This document shows positions 11,401 through 25,404 of a DNA stretch of 45,052 nt, one piece after another (position 1 is the first letter of the stretch; each line of letters opens with the position of its first letter). The notes under the pieces are model-generated. The model saw only the letters and a program-made list of their open reading frames with translations. It was not told the DNA's origin and did not search any database. The stretch lies in contig JYFJ02003211.1 in the NCBI GenBank assembly GCA_000934665.2, positions 1 through 45,052 of the forward strand. Reading direction: 5' to 3'. The translations under genes were made by a program, and so were the position numbers. This stretch comes from Catajapyx aquilonaris (taxonomy: Eukaryota).

Positions 11401-14057
11401 CTGCTACAAAGTGTTGGAACCAGGCCTGATTGTTAGCTTTGCCTGAACTGCTTGACTGACAGAAATTTCGACCGCTTCTCCCACCTGTCGACTAATGTAA
11501 ATGTTCCGAACCTAGAAAAGAAAAGAGTCGCCGCGGCTATTGGATAGGGGGTCGGCTTTTTAAAAAAATGCACCTGCTTGGCTTTTCAACGAGAGGCAAA
11601 TTTTTCCCACAAGATGTTAATTGGTCCAGTTCCCGAGCCCAACAGGTGCCAGGCGCTTGAGTTTTGCAACCCAAATTTTGCCAATTACCACACTATGATG
11701 ACGGAGGACTGCGGTTCAAAAACTGGAAGCTCCTGAAAAGCACTGCCTCAACCTCACCCCACATCCCCATAAATATACATTAAAGGCAATCAATTCCAAC
11801 CGGGGGTTTTTGATACCCAAGCAAATTACCTGGACAGGTTTGCCTGTAAAAGTTCAAAAAATGGGAGCAAAATCCCCGGGTGGTCATGAATATCACATTA
11901 GGGCAGGTAGGCCCAACTTACACAATTCCAAGCAAAAAGTGTGTGTAAGGTGTACGTGCTGTAAATGATGGTTGAAGCTAGACCCGATTTACGATCCTGC
12001 CCCAAAGGATACCGATGGGTATCGGTATTCTGAGAGCAACCCGGCCTAAATCTCACTACCACAGATTTAAGGGGAATCAACACCAAGCTTGAATCAGATA
12101 AGACGACTTTGCCAAAGCGACTGATCTTCGGGCACGAAATTCTTATATATATTTTTTACTACCCGCACCTTTTTCTCTACAGCGCTTGTTAACCTTGCCC
12201 ATTATTTCAGGTGTGCCATTTTTTTTAAACCCGAAAAACAAGCCAAGGACAGATTTTCCTCAGATTGGTACTAAAATCTATGGTGGACCACACAGCATGT
12301 CAATTCTTTTGCCGAAATTTCACTGGCTAATCCGCACCAGTATAATCCTGTGTTTGTCTTGGCATGAATATACCCAACCACATCTAATGAAGCTTCTGGG
12401 AGGTCACATTGTTGGACTCGCACAAGCCAGATGCGCGGAAATCTTTTTAACCCTCTGCTTTGACTTTCATTTTGGCCATTGCGCAAAAAAAAGGTATCTG
12501 ATCCGTCACGCCCTTTGTGTTTGAAAAGCGTCAAATCAGCGCACGAGACCTTAGAAGACAGCGTCGCGGAACGACAAGAAAAATGGCTCCTCTCAAGGGT
12601 TTTTTTTTTCTTTCTAAAAAAAGGAACACCGATCATCCGGAGGGCGGATTTTTACACCACAATTTAAGGCACTGAGGTCAGCAAGATTCCAGTACGGCGG
12701 ATCCCATTGCAAGACGGTACACAAGATAAGCAGGGTGTATAATTAGGCCCGGGTCCAACGTCGTGTCTCGATCTGCCAACCCACCTTAACGACTTTTCAA
12801 TGCTGCTTCCAAGGCAGCCCTAATCACACCTAGCATGATCTGCTCTTCCCAAGTGACTCTGCATGTTATACTAGGAGTCACAGAATCTGCAAAACTTGGT
12901 GAGAAAGATGCCAGAATTATGTGATATGACGCTGATAACAGGAGTGAAAGCTTCTGAGACAAAAAAAAACTTCCTGCAACACCAGTTGGTCTCTTCCTGG
13001 GCGATGAAATTGAAAGAAAAGAAGCCAGCAGGAGAAGAGGCCCAAGAGGATAAAAGAGAGGACAAATGACCCTCAGCAAACTTCTTCTGAGACCACCCTC
13101 GACTGCAGGATTGCATACCTAAAGGCAGCTATTCTCTCCAGACCGGTTATTAATTCTGACTACTACGTTCCTTTTCTCGCCGTTGAATATATTTTTTTTT
13201 CCATCTTCTTCTTCTTCGTCATTCCTCTGGTCCATTGTGTTCTTCCACACCATCTTTGTCTCGACTCCTTTTCCGAGCCATTTGCACCGGCACTTCAACA
13301 CACACCGTACACACAAAAAAATGTGAGCACTAAAAATGCAGGGTACGGCAAATGATGCCGATTGGAAAGAATGGCGTAACTGGCTAACTACACCAGGTAA
13401 AATGCTTCCTCAAACCTTTTTGCCGGAGACTTCACGCCCTGACAGGGGATCCGTGCACTGGCCTATTATTCTCACCTGAAAATGTGCATTAATTTTCCCT
13501 TGTTCTCGAGGCAAGATAGTGCGAGCTGGAGAATGGAAGTGTCCGTATGTGTCAAGGGGAGGAGGGGGTGCAAGAAGTGCAAATGACGTAGGCTGTTTCG
13601 GAGCATACGAGGGTAATGTCCGAAGACAAGCGGCGGTGATTGGCAAGCATTCTTCGCAAATGAAGGACTCGGGCTCGCGCAAGTCAATGGCATTCGTGCA
13701 ATGAACAGAACATGGGCATGGGAGAAAGAAAAAAATAATAGAGGATGCGAATGATACATCCGGATGCTTAGCAGGCAATATTGCGAATATTTGCAAACAT
13801 TTTGTTCCAAGGATATGTTTTTGTAGAGCATGAATCAGCAATGGGGAGCATTATCTCATGAAAGGGTATGTAATGTGCTGTTATCAATGAATATGTCCAC
13901 ATAATGTCTGATTATGAAGTAACCTAATGTGTATGACAAAAAATTTATTTACTTTGTAACACCTTCAATCAAATAGAGAAAAATTTGATTATAAAGAATT
14001 ATTTGGGTTCAATTATTCAGCTCTAACCACAAAAATTGTGGAAAAAAAATCGTTCAA

Positions 14058-14152
14058 TGCGCAGTAGGGTGCGCAAAAGGTACTATCTGCGCAGTAGGAT
14101 GCGCAAACTGTACCCTCTGCGCAGTAAGGCTATAACTGGCTTAATCTGCGCA
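14058..14152. repeat. 30-bp minisatellite (about 3 copies) rich in TGCGCA palindromes
   Basis: Units are TGCGCAGTAGGGTGCGCAAAAGGTACTATC (14058), TGCGCAGTAGGATGCGCAAACTGTACCCTC (14088), a degenerate third unit (14118) and a final TGCGCA at 14147. There are six TGCGCA in 95 bp. Confidence 0.85.
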
Positions 14153-14762
14153 TCATGCAGTGTTTTAAAAATAATGATGCTGCAAACTGCCCCAGTAATT
14201 GTGCAACCCCTTGGGCCCTCAAGTAATGTGGCATACCGGGTCATCGCATTAGCGCAAAATTTCACTTCAACGTTGAGGACACTGCGCCTTTCCCCCCAAA
14301 AACCGCTGACGCCCGCAAAATTAGTGGCATGATCCGGCCTTAAGTAACATGTCCATCAACCCCCTCCCCCTTACTCCTCTCCCTCCCTCGACATCACGAA
14401 AACCACCACCTGCACGCGAAAATTATGAAACCGGCCATCTCCAACCTCCTCTCTTGCAAACTAATGGATTTAACCCGCATTTTCACCTGCACAAAAGCAC
14501 TACAAGTGCTCCGGAGAAGGTGGTGATAAATAGCCTTAATAAGTTGGTAAGTTGAAGAGCTGTCCTTGCAAAGAGTTGCAATGAGCTAACACCTGGGCTT
14601 ACCCAACTCAGGATGTAACCTTATGAGAATATGAGTCGCTTCTTCCCAAGACAATTTACATTAAAGAGGAATATATTCAACGTGAAATGGGGTAGTAATA
14701 GAGAAACATGTTTACATTGAGGACAATAAATAAATAAGGTCTTGCTGCTGGATGTGTGAATA

Positions 14763-14953
14763 AGGGGTCGAAATATTCGTAAATTGCACTCCTAAATTGT
14801 TATCTACACTCCGAACTGACCCTTATAGTAGCCTACACACTTTGCACTCCAGTTGTACTGCTTTTTAATTTGCAATCAAAAATTCTAAGTAAGTAATTTG
14901 CACTCCAGTTGCAAACTTTGCACCTGCACAATAAAATTAATATTCGACCCCTG
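14763..14953. mobile_element. ~190-bp MITE with (C)AGGGGTCGAA(A)TATT terminal inverted repeats and internal TTGCACTCC repeats
   Basis: The left end is AGGGGTCGAAATATT at 14763 and the right end is AATATTCGACCCCTG ending at 14953. TA flanks both sides if the left terminal C was lost. TTTGCACTCCAGTTG recurs exactly at 14841-14855 and 14897-14911, with a third TTGCACTCC at 14784. Confidence 0.7.
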
Positions 14954-17900
14954 TATTCCGCTTTCAATTGAAGATTAAATAGTCACGTTTTCCTTCTTAC
15001 TTATACAGAAATTGGTTACACGTGTGCCTCTCACACACACAAAAAGGGCCAAGGCGCATGTGTGAGTGTCGCATATTGTCTCCGAACAAAGCTGGCCTCA
15101 TTGCATCGTAAGAAATTAATACCGCGTTCAGCTCACATATCGACCAGCATTGTACGTCATTGCCAAAGAGTAGGTGTTAAGGACGCGAGTTGGCGCAAAT
15201 TGCGCCTAGAATTGCCCACGTGGGAATCATCCCGAAACTGGCAATGAAATATTCATGTTTCGTGAAGACGGATCATTTCTCAAGTCGTGGCGGACGGGGG
15301 CCGAACCCCGTGATTCCGAAACATGTTATGTCTTGACGGAAAAAGGAGCTCCTGGCAACCAAGCAAACCGGGGCCAGAAACAAAAATATTGAGCCCAGTT
15401 CAAGGCCGGAGTGTGACAACTTCTTCATAGCCAAATCATCGATGGCAATGGCCAGAAAATGGTGGAATCTTCTCCTTTAATCCCTCCCAGTCTTGAGAAA
15501 TAATACCCACAAAAGCCGAACAAATTCCAGCCTTCAAAAAACCCACCGGTCGACTCTTGACTTCTCCATTATTACATGCATCAAGAATTCCGAACGCCAA
15601 TAACAATTTGTAAACCCTGTTATCCCCAAACACGATTTATATCATGAAACCTACCTATTCATCTCGAATGTGGGAAGGAGGAGCCGAAGATGTAAGGGGG
15701 TTGAAAAACTCCAATTTTTGCGTTTAAAATGTATGAAACGTCGGACAAGCAGTGGTTCAGGTCATGAGCTTTTTTTTCCACATGTACTGGGAAAGCAAGG
15801 TAAGCTCATTTCTCAGCCAGTAGGAAGATTTTCGAGGTACTCACCAAGCAGGAGTTGCTGCTACTGATGTCCCTCAAGTAACTGCAAAAGAAAGAGATTT
15901 GAGTCAGTGAATCGAAACTAAATTGCATGTTTACTTCTTGTTTATGACTGGCAGCAATGTGCTGGTGGGGAGGAGGAAACAAGGATGAGTAGATAAAGCT
16001 GTTGATTAGAACAGTGTCTGATGTGACCGGAATGTCAACTTTTGGCATCTAAATGTTTCACCAGTTGACCTAACAGGTCATCAACCTGCTGAAACCTGTA
16101 TTTTTATTAAGTGGCAACAACATACGTGCACTATTGTGTAATGCAGTAGTTTCCTATTCTGGTACAGTGTGTTTCATAAGTTAGCTCACCAGCAACCAAT
16201 TATTTTTTTTCCCGGCCCACCAAGCCTGCCAACATGTTCGTGCAGTATGCATAAAGACGTTTCTTAACAGGATTACAGTCCAGGGTGTCAGCTTGAACGC
16301 TTTTACGATCACGTAGCTGCAAAATATATCGCCCTGTTGTTCCGAAGAGGGGAAAGACAATATGTGTTTCCCTGGGCTCTGCTTTGAACCCTTTTCTCTC
16401 TCTCGAGGCGTAAGTGAGAGAGCTGCTGCAGAAGGTGAGCATAAATCCCATTTAATGTTCACGCCGGGCACCGTTTAACCCGCACGGAGAGGAGACCCCC
16501 GATGGACACAACCGATAGGATGCCATGTGTGCCCGTAAAACTGTTACGGGTTGATGTCGCAACACGGGGACCGAAGCAGTGGACATGGCGATTTGCATGT
16601 TTGCTTGCCAGTCAGAGAAATTACTGTCGTGGGCAACACTCTTGGCTACAAAAGTTTCCAGGTGAGATGGAAATAACAAAACGAAAAAAGGTGCGTGGAC
16701 AAGTGCCAACTGGTGCAAATGAACACGTCGTTGACGTGGATTGTGTCAGCTCATTTTTCTTGCTGCCATGAGTGAACACACGCGATGTGAAGTGTGCTAA
16801 ATTTGTACGTATGCAAAAATATTCAAAAATGTACTGCAAATTTATGCCCTGCAACTGAAGGGCTCGTAAATTAAGCGGATACAACGGTGGAACTCAACTT
16901 GGAGGGTGCCCTGGAGGCTGACAGAATTAAAACCACGATGGGTTGCTAATAGGTGCTGATAACCAACTAAATGCAATGTAAGGCGAGTCTGAGACCCGTA
17001 ATTAGGAGAAATCCATCACTGTTTGTGAGTCTTTGCTCTTCGGACCGTTCGAAGGACAAAACCCGAAATTTTACTTGCATCGCATGTGATACAATTTTTT
17101 GACCGCATGTGCTGAATGAATAGGAATGAAACCCCCCAATGAATTTGTGTCAGGAGGGATCAATTATTATGGGGGAGTAATTTAAGGTTAGTTGGAAGAT
17201 AGCACGATGTGGGAGGGGCTGCGACGACGTTTATGTATATCCCTGGCTTGTTATTCCCTCACAACATTACAAAGATGTGAAAGAACGGCCCACTGAGAAG
17301 CATTTTTCCTAGATGAAGACGTTAGATTAGTCACGACAGGTCTCGAAAAGAAGTATAACGAATAAAAAAAGTACACCTGCCTTCTTTTTTAAACCCCCTC
17401 AAGTGATGACGTATTGCTCGTTGCTACTGGTTTTGGAATGCGGTCAATTGCCTCTAAATTTTGATTATCGCTTCTAATACGCCCAAACTTAATCTTGAAA
17501 TCATAATTGACGATTTCGAATTCCTGTACGTGTCTCTGCATTTAGCCCGAGATTCAGAGTCGAACTCAGGACTAACTTGCCGGTGGATTCCCATAGCAAT
17601 GTAACTGTTGCAGATGAGTAGTAAAAAGTATGTTTTTTTTCTAATTAAGGTTTATGGTTGGCAAAATGAGCCAGTTCCCACCGACACATCGACAGGGGAG
17701 GTTGACCCAGGAAGGCCCCGGGAGACATTATATTGCCTGTAGAAGAAAAACCTAGCGGAATTATTGTTCCTGGTTATGGGTCGAACGGAATTTATTTTGC
17801 ATAATATAACAGAAGCGTGAGAAACTTCTCTCTCAGTAGGGGGTAGGTGACGGCAATTAAAAATGTCGCGTTCGACGACCTGCTAATATTGGCAACGTAT

Positions 17901-20900
17901 GCCAGTTTTACCGTTTGAGAATAATAGTAATTTCATGAGTCAAAAAGCCAGGTTTGAAAGAGGGGTATTACGAATGGATAGCCGGTAGTGACATAAATCA
18001 TTCAGCCCCTAAGTTTGTAGGGCCACCACTTTTTACCCGAAAAAGGAAGGGGGCCGGGTCCTACCCAACCGGTTCCAACCCATTTTTCAAATGGCATCTT
18101 TTCCCCCTCAAATTTCTGTCTCATGTGATCCTATAGCTGCACCCACTATTTTTTTCTAATTAGTCTCCCAAATAGTACAAAATTGTCACATCCCCATACG
18201 GGATTTCCTTATACGGTTTTATTAAATGAGGCTTCATGAGGAGAGGGTTCTTATCAAACTTGCGCAGCTGCAAGGCTTCTCTGTCCACCCTGGGCCGGCT
18301 TTTGCAAATCATCCCCACCGTCCAGATTGCTCCTAATAGGCCAAGTGGGAAAAACCCTTGGCAAACTGCCTACCTCCCCTAGCAATCCCCCCTCTCTCTT
18401 CTTACCAATTTTTTAAACCCCCCCCCCCTCGACACAACTGCAAAATCAGCGGGAGGGAATAGGGTGAAGTTTGGTGGGAAGGGAAGTCAGTGATGGAGAT
18501 ACAAAGCATTTATCTTTTTTTTTGCCATTCCAGACTAGTTGCCAAATGGTCCACTTGACCACCGACACCTAATCACTGCGTCTGGCCAAAACCCTCCCAG
18601 AGCTGAATTTGCCATTTTTAGCATCCCTGTTCCCCCATGTGTCACGTAATGGCCGGATGATTATTCTACTGCATGCAGGGGCTCGCTCATTTTTTAAATC
18701 CTTTAAAACCCCTGGCCCATCCGCAGTCACCTAAAAGTACCCATGATACTAGCAATTGCTCCAAAGAAAGTACCGGTACTAGAGGGCACATAGATGTACG
18801 GGTGGGAATAAAAATAATTGGTAGAAATCTGCTAAGTTCCCCATAATTTTTTTAAAAAATAGGACCAAAACACATTTACTTTAAAAACGAAGGGCTCGGG
18901 AGAAAAAAATGCCCTTCAAATATTTCTACATGGATTAATGTGTGCAAAATATATTTCGAATTTTTTAAAGATGACTGGCCGTGAAAATACTGCAAATTAC
19001 CCACAATTGGGCCGTTTTACCTATAAAATCACGCTAGCTATTGACTCCAAAACAATTTGCTAGCAGGAGTCTGGCTATTAAAAGTGAAACTGCGCCTAAC
19101 ACGAAGGACATGTATCTGCATACTAACCCTCTATTTATTTAAATGAGTTTTATTAGTCCCCCCCCCCCCTTCTCAACAACAAAATCCGGTTCTGAAAGCT
19201 GGGTAGCTAGATCGGATCCATTTGGTTTTATTTTTTTATTCCAGCTCTCTCGGAGGGATGGTTTAAGACTCTGATTTGATGCGCGGTCAAAGCTAGGTGG
19301 TAATCTGAGGCAGAAAAGGCATATTTTTGGACTGGGGAAAAACCTAAGGATGATTTATACGAAAGGGAGGCAGGGGTAGTTTTTAGAGTCTGATGGCAAA
19401 AGTGTCCCGAGGCCCACTCTCTCTTCTTGGGGCCACCCCACTTTTCTCCAGGTGGAGGTGTCAACAGGGCCCCACCTGGGCCTTGCATCTCCCTTTCATA
19501 TCACTCGACAAGAATCCTCATAAATTCCTTCACATGCAGCACAGAGGGAAAAGGGAGGGGTTAATATCTAAGAGACATCCAGGGGGTGAGAAAGAATAGG
19601 AGGAATACACCAGGTGAAAAAAATTAGTTGTAAATTTTATGTACAGCTGAACTTATGCAATGATGTTGGTGTATTTATTTTGAAAAAAAAAATTGGGAAG
19701 TATATTTGCCTTGTTTGATTTATCGCTTTGCACCTTTCTCTGAGCCAACAGGTTCATCGAATACAACATTGGCCTGCGCACCTTCTATAGCACTGAATAC
19801 GTGGTATTGGCTGACAATGAGCTGCACAAGAGCCAGCGAATTTTGACTCCATCACAAAAGAAGCCCTCTCGGAAAAGCACTTCACCTCTTTCGTTGGGAT
19901 ATTCAAAGAAAAGGTCAGGGTGAGGGAAGGTGAATGAGAGAGAGAGAGAGAAAAAAAATCTCAAGCGACAAAGTATTTTTACCTCCTGCAATATGAAAAG
20001 TGATAGAGGCGTTGGACAATGGCAACCGAAACTAGTTTCCACGGGATTCGATCCATCTTCCCTCCTTTCCAGGGCCTGTCGAGGCTTTTTTTTCTCCCTT
20101 CATTTTTGGGTAGGACCAACCATCGGAAGTAAATTTCGCGCCCTAAGAACCTCACGAATATTACCCCCAATAATGCAAGGGTCTTAATTTTTGTGGCATA
20201 ACTTGGTCCATAGCCAATCTTACGTCGAAGGTTTGAAGATTAGCAACTGATGTCAAGGTCGACCTGCGTAAAAACTTGTCAAAAAAGCGATCGACCCTCC
20301 AAAAATGGCCTGAAAAAAAGGGTGCATCATTTTCCAGAAAAACGCTTCGGCGTAATAAGCAGTTACGGTCTGATGGGATAGGGGAAAAAATATAAAACGC
20401 CATGAAGTGAAATTGCTGGGCTTGGCGTGTCTTCCATGTGCTAACATCTATCACTGCGGACCCAAATAACAACAATAATAAAAATGTCAGAATGCAAGTT
20501 TTCCACCGCAAGGAATCTCTCGGCATTTTTACCAAAAGAAACGGATATCATAAGTCTCATGTATCTCGCTTTCCATCTGGTATTCTGAGAACAGGTTTAC
20601 CGTTCGTTTCTGATCACTTTGACGGCATTGCCTTCAGGTGACATACCAGTTGTACTACTGTATACAAAATTTATATGCACAGTTTGACTCTCACAGTCGA
20701 CAATTTTTTTTCTCCAGGCTTCCCCCCCGCCCCTGCTAATCCTAGATGGAACGTGTGACTTGCAAGAAACAAGTGTGGGAGGCCTTCTTCACCTGAGCAC
20801 CATCGCACAATATGAGCTCTGAATGTGAAAGAAAGTCTATCTCCGCACACCGGTTAGGTGAAGGACCCTCTTCATCCGGTGACTGAGCAAGCAGCCTCCT

Positions 20901-22018
20901 CCCTTCCATCACCTCTGTAATTTTCCAGAGAAAAACCTGGACGACACTGAGGTTGGGGGGGCGTGAAGATGGTGGTGGTGCTCTAGGATTAGAAACCTTC
21001 AGGGCCGGATAATTCCATCTCACCAGTTGGTTGTAGAGATGCAAGCCAATTCTTTCCACAGGGTTGATCCCAAATGGAAAACAAAAGCCGCACCTTCAGG
21101 ACTTTGTCGTCAATCCACGCCGGAAGCACACAATCTCCCGAAAAAACTTGGCTGAACCTCTATAATTTTTGCAAGCCCATTTCCGTTTCGGGAATAAGAG
21201 TATAGGAGGGGGGTCCCCCTTGACTAATTCCCGCAGGATGGAATGGTGACGTTACCAGCCCTCCCACCCCCACGGCCCCCGCCACCAAATCCGGGGCGAT
21301 TTGCCCCCGACTGCACTTCCTCTTCATCCTTCCACGTCGCCGTCCAAATGAAAAGTTATTACGCACCTTCCCTGTGGCCACCCTCCCATCATGTGTAATT
21401 TTCTATTCTGCCGAGCGTGTTTTCATAAATTCTGCCATCTCATTCCAGATGCCGTCCACCTTCCAAAATGGTTGGGGCCTGCCAGGCCTAGCCAGCTCAT
21501 ATCCAACCCCATCCACTCAGTCTCTCTCATAAGGAAAACGGATTAGAAGACGAAAAAGTAGCGGAAGGAGGAGATGGGGGGTGGTGTAAGAGGCTACACC
21601 CCAGGTCGGATTAATACACGGATGGATACACTGTGGATGGATATGCATCGTTGCCCGACCAAGAAAAATACGTTTTCTTTTCAACAGGAGGATGGATAAT
21701 ATGCTGGTGTCGGACTTTTGATGTGGGCGGTAGAATAATGCGACGATTGTTGTGGAGGGGGCAAGGATTTGTTGAAGCGAAACCGACGCTCGAAGCATGA
21801 TCAAATCACTGTACGGGTAAATTTAGAGATGAAAATAACTTAATTATAATTCCAAAATAATAATAAATACTCGAATAATACTACCTCATTTTCCTGTAGC
21901 CCACTCTCCAAATCGCAGTTCTTAATCACAATAGCAGTGATTTTTATGGCTCACTGCTACTTTCAAATCGCGCTTGGCAAAAAATTTCGAGATTATTTTT
22001 ATCGTTATCGTCGTCTTC

Positions 22019-22020
<2 letters not shown>

Positions 22021-22092
<72 letters not shown>
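22021..22092. repeat. (TAT)24 microsatellite
   Basis: Perfect trinucleotide run, preceded by in-phase degenerate ATC/GTT/GTC/TTC triplets from about 21992. Confidence 0.98.
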
Positions 22093-25000
22093 GGTTCGGC
22101 TAATTTTTAAAAAATGTGTGTCATTGTTTTTGATTGCGGCTGGATGGAAAGGGGCTTCCTTTCAATAACGTCGATTTGAGGTCAGGTGTTTGCGAATAAT
22201 GAGCGGCATTTTGGTTAACTGAAAACAATGGATTCGCATCCCCGCAAATGGCAAAACTGACCTAAATGACCACCGGGCAGTCCAGATGGTAATAATATGT
22301 ACGCTCCAAAGAAATTGTCCCGTTCCGCATCATGCCTTCGGTAAAGTGCGGTCTCGCAGAAGGTCTTAAATCTCACTGCTCCTGCGCAATGAATTATTAT
22401 TTGCAATCCCCGCTGCAATATTGTCGTAGCCCTAGAACGACACAGGCAATAAGTAATAAATCCACCTGGACTCCCTCTGAAAGTGATAAAGCTCGCAACA
22501 ATGTGCTCCAGGTGTACCACAAGTGCACTAATAATTCTTGTTCTGTACTCACCATAATGCATGGCTGTCCTTTGTGATGTCTTCAATTGTGTTCATGCTG
22601 TAAGCCCATTTGGAAAATATGTGTTGTTTTTTCAACACACACACGCGGCGTTGTTGGGTTCAAAAGGAATAATTAGGAGTAATTACGATTGCAACTGGCG
22701 TGTGGAATTCCACGTTAAGCTTCAAGCACAAATCAGTGTCATTTCATCATGAGTGATATCATTTTTCCAGAGAACTTTTAAAAACGGCCCATCCCTGTGC
22801 GTACGATAAGGTCTATATGTGTCTAGATTGTCCATGCAATCATAAAATCTGACGTTATGATCCCCATTTTGTCCAGCACTTTCCCTGCCTATACATTTTG
22901 CTGGACCAAACACATCAGGGATGAAATTACATATATATGCAGACTATGGTGGCCCAAAATGAAGGTTTTCTGATCCTATTCAATTATTAACGGTATAAAC
23001 AATCACTCTGCACATTATTGGCAAAAAAAACTATCCTCCCAATCAGAATGGCCGGCCTCGAGGTTCGAGTAAATCATGGCGTGAAGCATCCCTTCACATC
23101 GATTTGAATTACACAACCGTCTTGGGTAACCCGTGAATAGACATTTCCTCATACGGGACGTTGACAAGTGTAATTCAGGCCCGGATGACGGATTCAAGTG
23201 CGGTGTTGACCGCTTGTTGAAGGAGGCGCTAGCTCTTTTTTTTCCACTTTTTTCCTCCACCATATCCCGTCATCAAGTCCATGAATTCCACTAAGGAGGG
23301 CGACACGTTTGCCTTGGAAAACGCGCCATAAATAATGCAAGCGTAATGAAAGAATTATAAACAACAAAGGACAAACTTGGAATCCAATTTGCCTGCAAGA
23401 AAATCTACATGTTTCACCCAAGAAACTTGGCCTCAGGTATCAATAAAGGGGTTGGAATTATATGATACATATTCCGTCCTAAAGTCGTGACTATGAGGGG
23501 GGAGGGATTGAACAAATTTTTTTTTGTAGTTATATTAAACCTGTGGAGCCCGTTGTTTTAAAAAGTTCAAGTCGAGCCATTATGCGTTGGATTAGATAGC
23601 TGCCACTTTTCAAAGCAGGAGCCTCACCCTTGCCCAGGGGCAAACCATATTTGTATTCCAGGGCAAAGCCAGGATTGAACAAAAAGGGGGGGGCCCGAGT
23701 TATACATTAGTAAAAAAAAATATGGGTTCTAAACTAATCCGGAGTTTTAGTGTACAAGAGGATAGCGTGACCGTTCCTCACCTTGTTATACATCCGTACA
23801 GATACGCCTAGTTGTGCGATTGACTCCACAAATTTTCTGCCGGGGCAACATTTCGTGCCCGTTTCCCGAGCTGTAATTCCTCAGTGCGGAAACCTCCGAT
23901 AACACACGCTTTATGAGCTCAGGTAGTCGTAAGAAATATTACCAAAAGTGCAGCTACACCCCTTTGTGGTCATTGGATGCGAGCAGCAACCAAGTCATAA
24001 CCATAATCAGCCAGAGATTTATGGCTGCTACCCCCAAATGGCATGGAGGGCTAACCGTTCTGCCGGCCAGAATTCCATCCACCACACTCCTGCTGTGGAC
24101 TAACTAACAAGCAAAATTAATTGAATTATTAGTAGTTGTTACTATTTAATATTAGTTGCATTCGGGTAGTGTTGGGCTCATCTTTCCCCTTGGGGTGAAT
24201 TGACTCAAAGGTTTACCGGCCCATCAATTGGCGGCAAGACCAGTCTTTTTACCCACCTTTTTGGCCGCCTCTGTTGTAACCCCCTTAGCTAGAGCTAGCC
24301 TGTGGACAGCAGGACTTTTCGGAGTAGCTGATGCTATCGGTGGCTTTTGGGATGAAGGGCCGGGGTCTCCCCTTTTCATTATGGGTCGGAAGGCAATGCC
24401 TTCTTTTGCCGCTTCGAGCCAGCATCATATCAGGGAGACCGGTACATGGCCATTGCCAGCTCCGATACACGAGGGAGGGTCGCTTCTGCAGTCACTAGAG
24501 ACCGGCACTAACATTCAACTTTACGGGTTTATGCGCCTGCTCTGCGCACCTTTCTGTCATTTGGGAGGTGAACCGGACGGAGTGGACAAAAAGGTGCGGG
24601 TTGCACAAATAAGGCGATGTGGACCCAAATCTGGGTAACGAGTTGGGTGCTGGGAGGCATTAGAATTGGAATAACAAGGGCGTGAAATGGGGCAAGTTAG
24701 GCGGTGGCAGCACCTGCGTAAGATGGCGTCATTCAGCAAGCCATATGTGCACAGTTCGAAAGTTCTTTTTTTTTTTAAAGCTAGCAATTGCGTTATTCAA
24801 ATGAACCATGGAATCGGAAAACGGGCTGTTTACATCATAAATGTTGCCAAATTTGACACGCATCCCATATACTCACACTAGGAAGTAACTCGAGTCCAGC
24901 TCGATCAAACCATCAGAGGATCCAGCCCTTCGGTTGGCTTTCAAAGGGCCATAACTCCAGGCTAATGATCGAAGAGGGCCCAATTCCGATTAGGGCCCAC

Positions 25001-25356
25001 GGGGTAGTCCTTACACATGTAAAGTCTCGCGTCGGAAGAACATGACAGGAATGCTGCTTTGGCTTGCTGGTGGCGAGAAGTTAGCGCCCCTAGGAGAAGG
25101 ATCTTCCCCTTTCGCTCGGACCATAACAATAAATAGGAGCCCCATCAACTCGCTCATAAAGTTTTGATGCTTCGACACTTCAGGAGTGTGATTAGGTGAG
25201 GGGCTGGGCCGGCCGCCATTTGCATATTGAGGAGAAGTTGGGGGCCAGACAAGCTGGAATGCGATGGAACCCGTGCGTATATATACAAGGACGTAAAAAA
25301 AATGCGAGGTGCTCTTAATGAAGCCCAATTATGTAAGTGGACGGGTCCCTAGTCAT

Positions 25357-25404
25357 TAGGCCGCTAAAAAGAGACCAGATAGACCGTAGGCCACTAAAAA
25401 GGAC
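25357..25404. repeat. Short tandem duplication, 30-bp period
   Basis: TAGGCCGCTAAAAAG (25357) and TAGGCCACTAAAAAG (25387) are 14/15 identical. Confidence 0.65.

Noticed and set aside
13519..13704. RanBP2-type zinc finger suggested by GEWKCP
   Set aside because: The remaining cysteines of the W-x-C-x2-C...C-x2-C pattern are absent.
20040..20056. tRNA/SINE B-box-like GGATCGAATCCCG on the minus strand
   Set aside because: No A-box at suitable spacing and no cloverleaf.
21974..22168. Poly-isoleucine membrane peptide ORF
   Set aside because: It is a translation artefact of the (TAT)24 microsatellite.
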